From a virus (taxonomy: Duplodnaviria; Caudoviricetes): a DNA stretch of 64,000 nt. The notes under the pieces are model-generated. The model had not been told where the DNA came from. It made no database searches and saw only the letters and a list, made by a program, of their open reading frames with translations. A program made the position numbers and the translations under genes. Below, piece by piece: positions 37,918 to 46,730 of the stretch. The DNA lies in the IMG/VR virus record IMGVR_UViG_3300047476_000928, positions 1,915-65,914 of that record; one strand, 5' to 3'. The stretch's first letter is position 1. Each line of letters starts with the position of its first letter.

Positions 37918-38946
37918 ATGTGTATAGCAATTTTAAACACCCCTAATGTAACATTTCCAAAATCAGTTATTAAGACATGTTGGGAAAACAACGGCGATGG
38001 CGCAGGCTTAATATGGACAAATACAAAACATAAGACCTTGCACACCTTCAAAGAACTTGACAGCGTAGAAGCTTATTACGCCAAGTATATCGAAATCCGC
38101 AGGAAGCACCCGAAAAGCAAAGTAGTTCTACATTTCCGCATCAGCACAAGCGGGGGCGTAAACCTACACAACACGCACCCATTCAGCGTAAATAAAAACC
38201 TTGCTTTTGTTCACAATGGCGTAATAAGCGAGCTAAACGGAATAGATGCAAACCGCTCCGATACAAACCTCTTTAATCTGCGAGTTTTACAAAATTTGCC
38301 CGCAGGTTTTGAGCGTAACGAGGCAATTGCCAACCTAATAGCCAAGTACATCGGACATAGTAAATTAATCTTCTTAAACGCCTTAAACGAGCACACAATT
38401 ATAAACCCAAGTTTAGGCAAAACAGACCCGACCTATTCGGGCTGTTGGTTTTCAAATAGCACCTATAAGCCTAGCGCCTATTATGATTATGGCGGGAAGC
38501 AGATAGCAAAGGGAAGCACCTACAAAGCGCCCGCCGTTCCGGCATACAACGCCAGTGCTTCGAAGGTTTACCGGTATGGCGATGTTTGGAACGAAACCCT
38601 ACAACAATGGGAGCGCCCAACATACCAAGCGCCCGCACCAAGCCCCGCCGTAAAGCATTGGGATAGCAAGGCAAACGATTGGAAAGCGCCCGCACCAATT
38701 AAGACACAAACGGCGCAACCCGTAGACAATCCGCTTGATTATGATTTTGACGAGACCGACCCAAGTTTTGACCCTGATAAACTTTCCGACGATGCTTGGA
38801 TAGAATGGCAATTACTAACAGCATCAGAACGGAGAGAACTGCGAGAGCTACGGAATAAGCCAACCAACAGCCTAACGGCTACGGAATGGCAGACCCTGAA
38901 CGCCTACGAGCTCATAATTGACCAAGCCACCTACGGGGATTATTAA
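37918..38946 (+). CDS. Class II (Ntn) glutamine amidotransferase with low-complexity C-terminal tail
   Basis: N-terminal MC nucleophile, N.DG.G, HFRIST.G, NTHPF, HNGVI, SDT. Confidence 0.9.
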   Translation: MCIAILNTPNVTFPKSVIKTCWENNGDGAGLIWTNTKHKTLHTFKELDSVEAYYAKYIEIRRKHPKSKVVLHFRISTSGGVNLHNTHPFSVNKNLAFVHNGVISELNGIDANRSDTNLFNLRVLQNLPAGFERNEAIANLIAKYIGHSKLIFLNALNEHTIINPSLGKTDPTYSGCWFSNSTYKPSAYYDYGGKQIAKGSTYKAPAVPAYNASASKVYRYGDVWNETLQQWERPTYQAPAPSPAVKHWDSKANDWKAPAPIKTQTAQPVDNPLDYDFDETDPSFDPDKLSDDAWIEWQLLTASERRELRELRNKPTNSLTATEWQTLNAYELIIDQATYGDY

Positions 38947-38964
38947 CAGCCCCGCCCAACAGCG

Positions 38965-38994
38965 AAAGCCCTGCAAATCTGCGGGGCTTTTTTT
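38965..38994 (+). terminator. Intrinsic terminator
   Basis: AAAGCCCTGCA-aatc-TGCGGGGCTTT followed by a T run. Confidence 0.8.
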
Positions 38995-39719
38995 ATGGCT
39001 TCACCCGATCGCCACAACGCCAACAAAAGCAGAAACAAAGCGGGCTAATTATTCCCAGTACAACGCCCTCCAAAACCGCCCCAAATTCAAACGATAAACA
39101 GCACGGCAATACAACAGCACAGCAAGCAGGACAAAAGCCCAACAGACCGCAAAGGATAAAGCCGTAGCGCATTAGATGCAATAGCAGGACACTGCGACCG
39201 CAGTAACTGCAAAGCGGAAAGGATGCAACAGCAGGAACTGCGATACATCACGGCAATAGATTAGACAGCACGGCACGGCAATACATTAGACAAATGATTT
39301 TCGCAGTTTTGTTCGGCAGGTTATTTCATTATTCCAACCCGCCACACAGCACCGACAAAACAAGACACCGAAAGCCCAGTACACCCCGACCCACGGGCAA
39401 AATAGGAAACGCCAGCGCAGAAAGTGCCCAAACAGCCCTGAAAAAGCGGTTTTTCGTTTTGCAAAGCCGACCCCACCCCCTTTGATGTAGCCGTTTTCCT
39501 TTATTTTTTCGCGGGCTATGGAAACAATATATAACCTTCCACGCACAACTACGCAGTCCAAATTTTGAAACGCAAAAAGCCGACCCACTCGGTATTGTAA
39601 ACAGATACATGCCACTTAGCTACCACTTATACAGAAGTACCTGCTACCACAGAAACCGCCCCAACCGCACGGATAAGCGGTATAACGCATCTAAAATTGC
39701 GAATAAGAATAATATGTAG

Positions 39720-39727
39720 TAGTTTTG
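39720..39727 (+). promoter_or_regulatory. -7 box TAGTTTTG
   Basis: Consensus match upstream of the GroES-like gene. Confidence 0.5.
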
Positions 39728-39756
39728 GCTAACAAATACCAAACAATTTAATTACT

Positions 39757-40398
39757 ATGCTACAATACGACATTAAGCAGTCGCCACCTAATACTGTAAT
39801 TGTAGAGGTTGGGACAGCCATTGATGACACAGTTACATTCGGTAAGTTAACGATTCATATTGACCCACTATTCAATCCTACCCACTACGCAAGAATCTAC
39901 GGCAGAGTAGTGGCTGTACCAGACAGTCAACCCGTAACAGAACATGGCGTAGCAATTGACGATTATGTCAAGACAGGAGACCTTATTTACTTCCACTATT
40001 TAACGACTAATGATGAAGCGAACTGTATCTACGGGAACTATTATAAAGTACCTTATTATTGGATTTTTTGTGCTGTTAGGGACGGGAATATTCATCCTGT
40101 TGGAAGCTGGACTCTCTTGGAGAAATATGTTGAGGAGAACTTTGACACAGTGGAAGTTAATGGTCAACGGATGGAAGCTACTTTAAGTGCATCTGGCTTA
40201 GTAACAGGTGTGTTTAAGAAGCCTTCTCAGAAGTATGCAACAGTAGCTCATATTGGTAAACCATTGCGTGGGGAACCAGACCTTGGATTGCGTAAAGGAG
40301 ATAAAGTGATACTTGATAAAAACAGCAACTTTGAGAACGAAATTGAAGGTAAAAAATATTACACTGTAAAACAGGAGTATATTATAGGAAAAGCATAG
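39757..40398 (+). CDS. Tandem GroES-like co-chaperonin
   Basis: Two GroES-like units (G.VVAVP..VKTGD.IYF; ..VAHIG..GDKVI..EIEGK.Y); lies upstream of the terminase as in crAss-like phages. Confidence 0.7.
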   Translation: MLQYDIKQSPPNTVIVEVGTAIDDTVTFGKLTIHIDPLFNPTHYARIYGRVVAVPDSQPVTEHGVAIDDYVKTGDLIYFHYLTTNDEANCIYGNYYKVPYYWIFCAVRDGNIHPVGSWTLLEKYVEENFDTVEVNGQRMEATLSASGLVTGVFKKPSQKYATVAHIGKPLRGEPDLGLRKGDKVILDKNSNFENEIEGKKYYTVKQEYIIGKA

Positions 40399-40407
40399 AT
40401 TTTGTTA

Positions 40408-40428
40408 AAAAAGTGCGTTTAGAGCAAA
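40408..40428. repeat. 21-bp dispersed repeat copy 2
   Basis: Identical to 23244-23264. Confidence 0.85.
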
Positions 40429-40436
40429 TTGAACTT

Positions 40437-40530
40437 CATCAGATTATCCAAGGTTGGATTTTCCAAGGTTGGATAATCTAACCTTATATAGTAATAAAGA
40501 TATAGCAATAAAGAGAAAGTAATAAAAAGT
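40437..40530 (+). repeat. Origin-like block 2: iterons plus AT-rich tract, inverted homolog of 30170-30281
   Basis: TCCAAGGTTGGA at 40447 and 40462, degenerate unit at 40477, then AGTAATAAAGA/AGCAATAAAGA/AGTAATAAAAA. Confidence 0.8.
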
Positions 40531-40706
40531 ATATAACCGAAAGGCGGAAAACCGCCGCGAAGCAGGAAGACGAAGTCTCTCCTAAATGACAAGTCCCCTT
40601 TAGGGGATTTAGGGGAATGTAAGTCAGATAAACTAATAAGCAGTTCGCCGTAGCGAAAGCAACCCCCCTGTTCCGCTCGCCCCCCTTCGCAGTTAAACGT
40701 AAAGAC

Positions 40707-41267
40707 ATGGCATTATTTAACGAATCCGATTTTGCAGAGTGCTGCATCCCAATCTTTGGAAAGGATATCCATAAGGACAAATCTGTCACGCAGATATTTG
40801 GTCGCATACCTGCTGACCAGATTCCGCTAATCAGGTACATTGCTTTGATGTATGACCAGAAGTCTCCTATGCGATTAAAGATTTCTGACATACAGCTTCG
40901 TAAGGAAGAGTGTTACGAGATGTCTGAGCTCAAAGAACCAAAGGATGAAATCTTTGATTTAAGCCACGATAATATACTCGTCTATATCAATGCCTACCTG
41001 AAGCATCAATCGTCTAAGATATGGGCAGTAATGACTGCTAACGAGGAAGTGTTGTGGCAGTATCAGCAAGAACTTTTAACTCCGATTGTCAATTACAAGA
41101 ATGACAAGGATAAGTTGCAAGCTTTGGAAATTAAGACTAAGCTGATGCAGGAGTGCGACGCAATCATTAAGCGCATCGAAGCTTATGAGGAGAAGATATT
41201 TGGAGACAATATTGACAAGAAGAAAGAGATATTAAATTTAACGCCTGAATCAATAGCAAATGTATAG
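40707..41267 (+). CDS. Putative terminase small subunit
   Basis: Helical protein overlapping the start of terL; YIA.MYD..SP motif; mainly positional. Confidence 0.45.
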   Translation: MALFNESDFAECCIPIFGKDIHKDKSVTQIFGRIPADQIPLIRYIALMYDQKSPMRLKISDIQLRKEECYEMSELKEPKDEIFDLSHDNILVYINAYLKHQSSKIWAVMTANEEVLWQYQQELLTPIVNYKNDKDKLQALEIKTKLMQECDAIIKRIEAYEEKIFGDNIDKKKEILNLTPESIANV

Positions 41268-43263
41268 ACAACACCGATACGGCAGCAAGCAGAATATCAA
41301 CGGGATTGTAGTAACGATTCCGCCAAGCGGAACTGTATATAATATTCTGACTAACCAGTGGGAGAAGCGGGATATATTCAGGCGTTCTGCTAAAAAAGAA
41401 AACCAATATTGGGAGAGACCTTTACCACCAGATAATTATGAAGCTAAGCGAAAAAAGGAAATTGCTGCGCAAAAGACCAATCCGGACTACTACAACCCAG
41501 AACTCCAAAACTACAGAAACCAAGAATGGGATAGGCGCCTTAATGGTTTTTGGTTTTATAATAACGGAGTGCCTACTTATGTTACTGGGTTACATTATTT
41601 TTACTTGGTTCATTGGAAAATTGACATAGGCTACCCGCATTTCCGTATGACGGACGTGCAGTTCTTCTATTTCCTTGAATACGTTATGCAGGACCCTAAC
41701 TGTCTTGGTATGATTGAGGTAACAAAACGTCGTCAAGGAAAGACAATGCGTGCGGGTGCTTTTCTGTTTGAGCTGACATCGCGCAGCAAAAACAAAAATG
41801 CTGGTATTCAGTCTAAGACATTTGAGGACGCTAAGGAGAACGTATTTGCTAAGGGCGTTATTATGCCGTTTAAATATTTGCCCGATTTCTTTGTGCCAAT
41901 CTATGACACAGAAAAAGGTCAAACCCCAAAAGGAGAACTAAGATTTTTTAAAACAAACAAGCGTGGCGCTAATGACGACATTTTTACTGAAAAGGTTGAG
42001 CTGGAATCAAGTATTACTTTTAAATCAGCTGATAAATTTGCTTATGACGGTATGAAGCTACATCGCTATTTGGCGGACGAGGCAGGTAAAACCAAGAATG
42101 TGGATGTGTATGACAGGCACCAAGTCGTTCAGTTTTGTTTACAGCAAGAGGAAAACATTATTGGAAAAGCGCTTTATACGACTACAGTAGAGGAAATGGA
42201 AGATGGAGGGGCATCTTTCAAGGAATTGTGGTTAGCTTCCAATCAAGAACAGCTTGACGGAAACGGCAGAACAAAATCTGGTTTATATCAATACTTTATG
42301 CCAGCCTACAAAACTTTGTTTTACGACCAATACGGTTTTGCAGACGAAGAGAAGGCGAAAGAGTATTATATGAACGCTAGAGCAGCTTTACAAGACGACC
42401 CGCGAGCTTTGGCATCTTATATCCGTAAAAACCCGTTTACCATACAGGAGGCATTCTTCTCTGAAGCAGATAGCTGTTTGTACGATGCACTTGCGATTAA
42501 TAAACAATTGGAGACAATAGCGTGGGTTGACGAAAAAGAATTATATTTGCGCGGAGAATTCATGTGGGATAAGGGTGTTCGTGATAGCAGAGTAATTTTT
42601 AAAGAGACCTCTAATGGCAAATTCTTGGTACACAAGAAGCTGAACGTGTTAGAGGATTACAATTACAATGATGTCCAAGAATACGGCACAAAGAAGGCGC
42701 CAAAGCATGCTACTAAGTTTGCAATGGGCGTTGACCCTTTTGACCACTCAATTATTACCAGCAAAGGTTCCGATGGAGCATGTTACGTATTTCGCAAATA
42801 CGATGCAACAGATGAGCTTAGCGAAACCTTCTTGGTTGAATATCTTAACAGACCTGATACGGCAGAGATATTCTACGAGGACATGATTAAGCTAGTCCAC
42901 TTCTTTAGCTGTCAAGCACTAATTGAGGACCAGAAGATTGGATTGATTAAGTATTTTGAGGCTAGGGGTTACGAGCGTTTCTTGTTTAGAATACCAAATT
43001 CTGCGAAATATGGTATATCTGCTTCACAGAAAACGCACCAACAGATAGCTGAGCAAACGGAGATTTATATAAATGAAAATTTACATAAAGTAATTTTTAA
43101 AAATCTTTTAGAGGACTGGTTGACGTTTGATATAAAAAATACAACTAAATTTGATGCGGCGATGTCAAGTGGTTACACATTGATAGCCGCAAGTGGGTCT
43201 AAGTTTGCGCAAGCTGCTAAGCCAGAACAGAAATTATACGATGTAAGGGAGATATTCCTATAA
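41260..43263 (+). CDS. terL: Terminase large subunit
   Basis: KRRQGKT Walker A, LADEAGK Walker B, YTTT, GVDPFDH nuclease, FDA; crAss-like YVTGLHYFYL. Confidence 0.92.
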   Translation: MYRQHRYGSKQNINGIVVTIPPSGTVYNILTNQWEKRDIFRRSAKKENQYWERPLPPDNYEAKRKKEIAAQKTNPDYYNPELQNYRNQEWDRRLNGFWFYNNGVPTYVTGLHYFYLVHWKIDIGYPHFRMTDVQFFYFLEYVMQDPNCLGMIEVTKRRQGKTMRAGAFLFELTSRSKNKNAGIQSKTFEDAKENVFAKGVIMPFKYLPDFFVPIYDTEKGQTPKGELRFFKTNKRGANDDIFTEKVELESSITFKSADKFAYDGMKLHRYLADEAGKTKNVDVYDRHQVVQFCLQQEENIIGKALYTTTVEEMEDGGASFKELWLASNQEQLDGNGRTKSGLYQYFMPAYKTLFYDQYGFADEEKAKEYYMNARAALQDDPRALASYIRKNPFTIQEAFFSEADSCLYDALAINKQLETIAWVDEKELYLRGEFMWDKGVRDSRVIFKETSNGKFLVHKKLNVLEDYNYNDVQEYGTKKAPKHATKFAMGVDPFDHSIITSKGSDGACYVFRKYDATDELSETFLVEYLNRPDTAEIFYEDMIKLVHFFSCQALIEDQKIGLIKYFEARGYERFLFRIPNSAKYGISASQKTHQQIAEQTEIYINENLHKVIFKNLLEDWLTFDIKNTTKFDAAMSSGYTLIAASGSKFAQAAKPEQKLYDVREIFL

Positions 43264-43267
43264 AATT

Positions 43268-45580
43268 ATGAACGATAATACAATTGGACGCGGCAACGGG
43301 TTCCCATCCCACACAGTAGAATCTTCGCAGAAAGATAAGAACTGGATTGCTAAATACATTAAAGCCGCTTGGAGCGAGTTTACCACATACTATCCTAACC
43401 AGATGTATAATGGTCGCGATAAGTATCATGAGATTAAACTCTACATGAATGGTAAACAGTCTGTCAGCAGATACAAAAAGCTATTACAGCCTCGCGAAGT
43501 AGCTAATGAGGACCAATCATGGATTAATATTAACTGGGATATTCTCCCAATTATTCCAAAGTTCCGCCGTATTGCGTTATCTACGCTAATCAAGTCAAAT
43601 TATGACATCTCTATTGATGCAATTGACCCGTTAGCGCAGGACGATAAAGACAAGTTCTATCGTGAGAATGCCGCTAAAATTGCATTGCGGCAAGAATTTG
43701 AAAAGCAAGGCATGGATAAGGAAGAAGTTCCAGCGCCAGATATTGATGCCAAATCAATTACAGAGCTTGATATGTATATGAACTATTCATACAAGCATCG
43801 CATGGCAATTGAACTTGAGCAGGCTATTGAGCTTATAATGAATCTAAATAAGTTTGAAAATGAGCGCGCCAAAGTAATTGAAGACATTCATGATTTAGGA
43901 ATGGGTGGTTATCGCGAATATTTTGATGCTACAGGAGCAATTAAGATTAAGCGCGTAAATCCAATGAATATGATTATGTCATATACAATGGACCCGACAT
44001 TTAGAGATATCCAATACATTGGAGAGGTTAGCGAGTACACATTGCCTGATTTAAAGCAATTAGCTGGCGACCAGATTACTGAAGACGAATATCTTGCTAT
44101 TGCAGAAAAATATACAAACAACAAAGCGAATCCGGGCTCTGTTCGTGACTTAAACTCGTCATACGATAAGAATTACGACGGTTTCCGTATTCGTGTATTG
44201 GAATTAGAGTTCTTCTCTTACAACTCAATGATATTAGAGGAGCGTGTTAATTCTAAGGGTAACAAAGTTGTTGGTCGCGCTGCAAAGATAAAGAACGGCA
44301 AAGGAGATAAGAAATACACAAAAACTGATTACAAGGTTGTTTATACAGGTAAGTGGGTTATAGGGTCTGATATTTTCTTTGATTGCAAGTTAGCTACAAA
44401 TATGAAGCGAGCTAAATCGTCAATGACAGACACAACACTTAGCTATCATATCGTTGCTCCGCATATCTATCAAATGGCTACCTATTCATTAGGAGACCAA
44501 ATGAAGTCCATTGCTGACCAAATTCAGTTGGCATGGTACAAGCTTCAAAATGTTATGCTTCGCGCAAGACCGCGTGGTATTATGATTGAGCTCGGTGCGC
44601 TAGAGAACGTACCATTAGGCAAGGCAGGTCGTGCATTAAAGCCTATGGAAATTATTGATTTGTATAACCAAACGGGTAATCTCGTATATAGAAGATTAGA
44701 TGACCAAGGTCAGGCAAGTAATTATAAGCCTATTGAAGAGCTTAATAATGGTATCGGAAGCGAAGCTACCGAATACTTTAATATTATTAAACAGAATATT
44801 GATTTACTTAGGGATATTTTAGGATTCAATGAGATTACGGATGGTTCAACGCCAGACCCTCGTATGCTTAATGGTGTAGCTCAATATGCTAGCGAGTCTA
44901 CTAACAACTCACTTGATTACATCAAGCGCGCTGAAAGAGATTTGATGGAAAGATTATGCTATGATTTAACATTGCGCATTCAGGATTCTGCGGCATCAGG
45001 TAAGATTGAAGGGTATGTAAGAGCATTAGGAAGCTCTACAGTTCAGTTCTTTAAGCTTGACCCTAATGTATCTGCTCATGAATGCGGATTAGTTATTAGA
45101 GAGAAGCCTAATAAGTTTGAGCAGGAGAAATTTGCACGACGAGTTGAGCAGGCTATTGCTAGTAACCAGATTACCTTAGCAGACGCTATGATGGTTGAAA
45201 ATCTTACTAATATCAAGTATGCTGAGGTTTTATTAGCATACAAGATTAAAAAGAACCAAGAGGAAATTCAACGTAGAGCAATGGAGCAACAGCAAATGAA
45301 TGGACAAATTCAGATGCAGTCAGCTCAGGCAGCAGAGCAAGCTAAGCAGCAAACTATGGCACTTGAAGCGCAACTTAAAGAGCGTTATTTGCAGCTTGAA
45401 AAACAGCTTGAATCACAGTTGCTTGCTATGAAACTTCAGAATGAAGCATTGATTGAACAAGGCAAGATTGAGGGCAAAATTAACACATCTAAAATCGAAG
45501 CTGATTCACGTGAATATATTGCTCAAATCAAAACTTCTGCTGAAAAATTAAAGCAGTCAACAAAAGAAAAAGAGAAATAA
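43268..45580 (+). CDS. Portal protein
   Basis: 770 aa after terL; FP...K..W, Y..G.Q...YK, PIIPKF, G.NE..DGSTPD, Q-rich barrel tail. Confidence 0.88.
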   Translation: MNDNTIGRGNGFPSHTVESSQKDKNWIAKYIKAAWSEFTTYYPNQMYNGRDKYHEIKLYMNGKQSVSRYKKLLQPREVANEDQSWININWDILPIIPKFRRIALSTLIKSNYDISIDAIDPLAQDDKDKFYRENAAKIALRQEFEKQGMDKEEVPAPDIDAKSITELDMYMNYSYKHRMAIELEQAIELIMNLNKFENERAKVIEDIHDLGMGGYREYFDATGAIKIKRVNPMNMIMSYTMDPTFRDIQYIGEVSEYTLPDLKQLAGDQITEDEYLAIAEKYTNNKANPGSVRDLNSSYDKNYDGFRIRVLELEFFSYNSMILEERVNSKGNKVVGRAAKIKNGKGDKKYTKTDYKVVYTGKWVIGSDIFFDCKLATNMKRAKSSMTDTTLSYHIVAPHIYQMATYSLGDQMKSIADQIQLAWYKLQNVMLRARPRGIMIELGALENVPLGKAGRALKPMEIIDLYNQTGNLVYRRLDDQGQASNYKPIEELNNGIGSEATEYFNIIKQNIDLLRDILGFNEITDGSTPDPRMLNGVAQYASESTNNSLDYIKRAERDLMERLCYDLTLRIQDSAASGKIEGYVRALGSSTVQFFKLDPNVSAHECGLVIREKPNKFEQEKFARRVEQAIASNQITLADAMMVENLTNIKYAEVLLAYKIKKNQEEIQRRAMEQQQMNGQIQMQSAQAAEQAKQQTMALEAQLKERYLQLEKQLESQLLAMKLQNEALIEQGKIEGKINTSKIEADSREYIAQIKTSAEKLKQSTKEKEK

Positions 45581-45584
45581 ATTA

Positions 45585-45592
45585 TAGATTTG
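45585..45592 (+). promoter_or_regulatory. -7 box TAGATTTG
   Basis: Consensus match upstream of the scaffold gene. Confidence 0.55.
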
Positions 45593-45614
45593 CATAATCA
45601 AACCAAACAATACT

Positions 45615-46703
45615 ATGGCAGAGCCAATTAATTTAGATGATTTATTGACGGAAAATATCGTTGATGATACACAACCGAGAGACATCACGCCTGAGTCAGA
45701 AAAAGTTACTAATGATGATATTAGCGACGAAGATGAAGGATTTGATAACAATCTTGGGGATGATTCTTCGCAAGAGGAGAATCTAATTACAGAAGAAAAT
45801 GAGGCTGAGGAAGAGGAAATCATTCTAGGGAATGTAAGCGATGAGGAGTCAGAACAGGTGTCTGATGATACAGAGTATTCTTTAGAAGATGAGGTTCAGC
45901 AACCGCAAGCCACAGAATACCAATTCAAGGACGACTTCATTAAGAAAGCCGTAGAGTATTACGAGACGTATGGTACTTTACAACCATTCTTAGAAGCCAC
46001 AAGCGTAAATTACGATGCTATGTCGGATGTTGAGTTACTTAAACTCAAGTTTGACAAAGAAAACAGTGATTTAAGCGAAAAAGCGCGAGCTAGGCTGTTT
46101 GAAAGAGAACTTGAAAAATACAACCTTGATTCCTATGATGAAGACGAAGCTGAGGTCGGTAACGCGTTATTACAGCGAGATGCTAACAAGTTACGGAAGA
46201 GCTTTAAGGATGAACAAAGTCAGTTCATTCAGTCTATTCAACCAGTATCAAGAGAGGAACAAGCACCTCAGTTAAGTCCAGAAGAAATCGCTGCTCAGCA
46301 GGAAGCTAGCCGCAAGATTGTCGAAAGGGGTATTTCTGGGGTAGTGAAAAACAACTTAATTAAAATTGACGCAGGAGGAGAGAACTTAAACTATCAGATT
46401 GCAGATACGAGTAAGGTTGTTGATTACGCGCTAGACTCAAACAAGTTTCTGTCTTCATTTGCTAAAGACGGGGCTATTGATTGGGATAAATGGACAAAAG
46501 TGGTTGCGTTCGCTGAGAACCCAACATTGTTTGTATCAGAATTGATTAAGCACGGAAAGTCACTAGGACGTAAAGCAATGGAGACGGAGTTGAAAAACGC
46601 CACTCCTAATATGACTTCAAAGGATGTAGTACAGAGCAATGAATTTAACAGCCCTTACGAAAATCCTGTAGAGTTCTTAAAGGGAATGACTGTTAGAAAA
46701 TAA
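45615..46703 (+). CDS. Capsid scaffolding protein
   Basis: Very acidic N-terminus, coiled coil, between portal and capsid. Confidence 0.7.
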   Translation: MAEPINLDDLLTENIVDDTQPRDITPESEKVTNDDISDEDEGFDNNLGDDSSQEENLITEENEAEEEEIILGNVSDEESEQVSDDTEYSLEDEVQQPQATEYQFKDDFIKKAVEYYETYGTLQPFLEATSVNYDAMSDVELLKLKFDKENSDLSEKARARLFERELEKYNLDSYDEDEAEVGNALLQRDANKLRKSFKDEQSQFIQSIQPVSREEQAPQLSPEEIAAQQEASRKIVERGISGVVKNNLIKIDAGGENLNYQIADTSKVVDYALDSNKFLSSFAKDGAIDWDKWTKVVAFAENPTLFVSELIKHGKSLGRKAMETELKNATPNMTSKDVVQSNEFNSPYENPVEFLKGMTVRK

Positions 46704-46730
46704 GTTATTCACAATTAAATTTTTATTACA

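Noticed and set aside
39100-39290. Mini CRISPR array
   Set aside because: Repeats are only 10-23 bp, irregularly spaced and interleaved; no cas genes. The 27575-28336 nuclease is a stand-alone phage exonuclease
38993-39615. ORFs 38993-39181, 39286-39615, 39294-39485, 39329-39610 (and 34728-34910)
   Set aside because: Cys/Arg/Gly-rich translations of skewed repetitive DNA with no leader signals; likely spurious
40444-40452. DnaA box (TTATCCAAG)
   Set aside because: Only a 7/9 match to TTATCCACA and fully explained as the edge of the palindromic iteron
40484-40891. Minus-strand 135-aa ORF and other short antisense ORFs inside long genes
   Set aside because: Shadow frames overlapping well-supported genes or the origin-like block
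41260-43263. Intron or intein in terminase (or helicase)
   Set aside because: Continuous ORFs of normal length without intein terminal motifs
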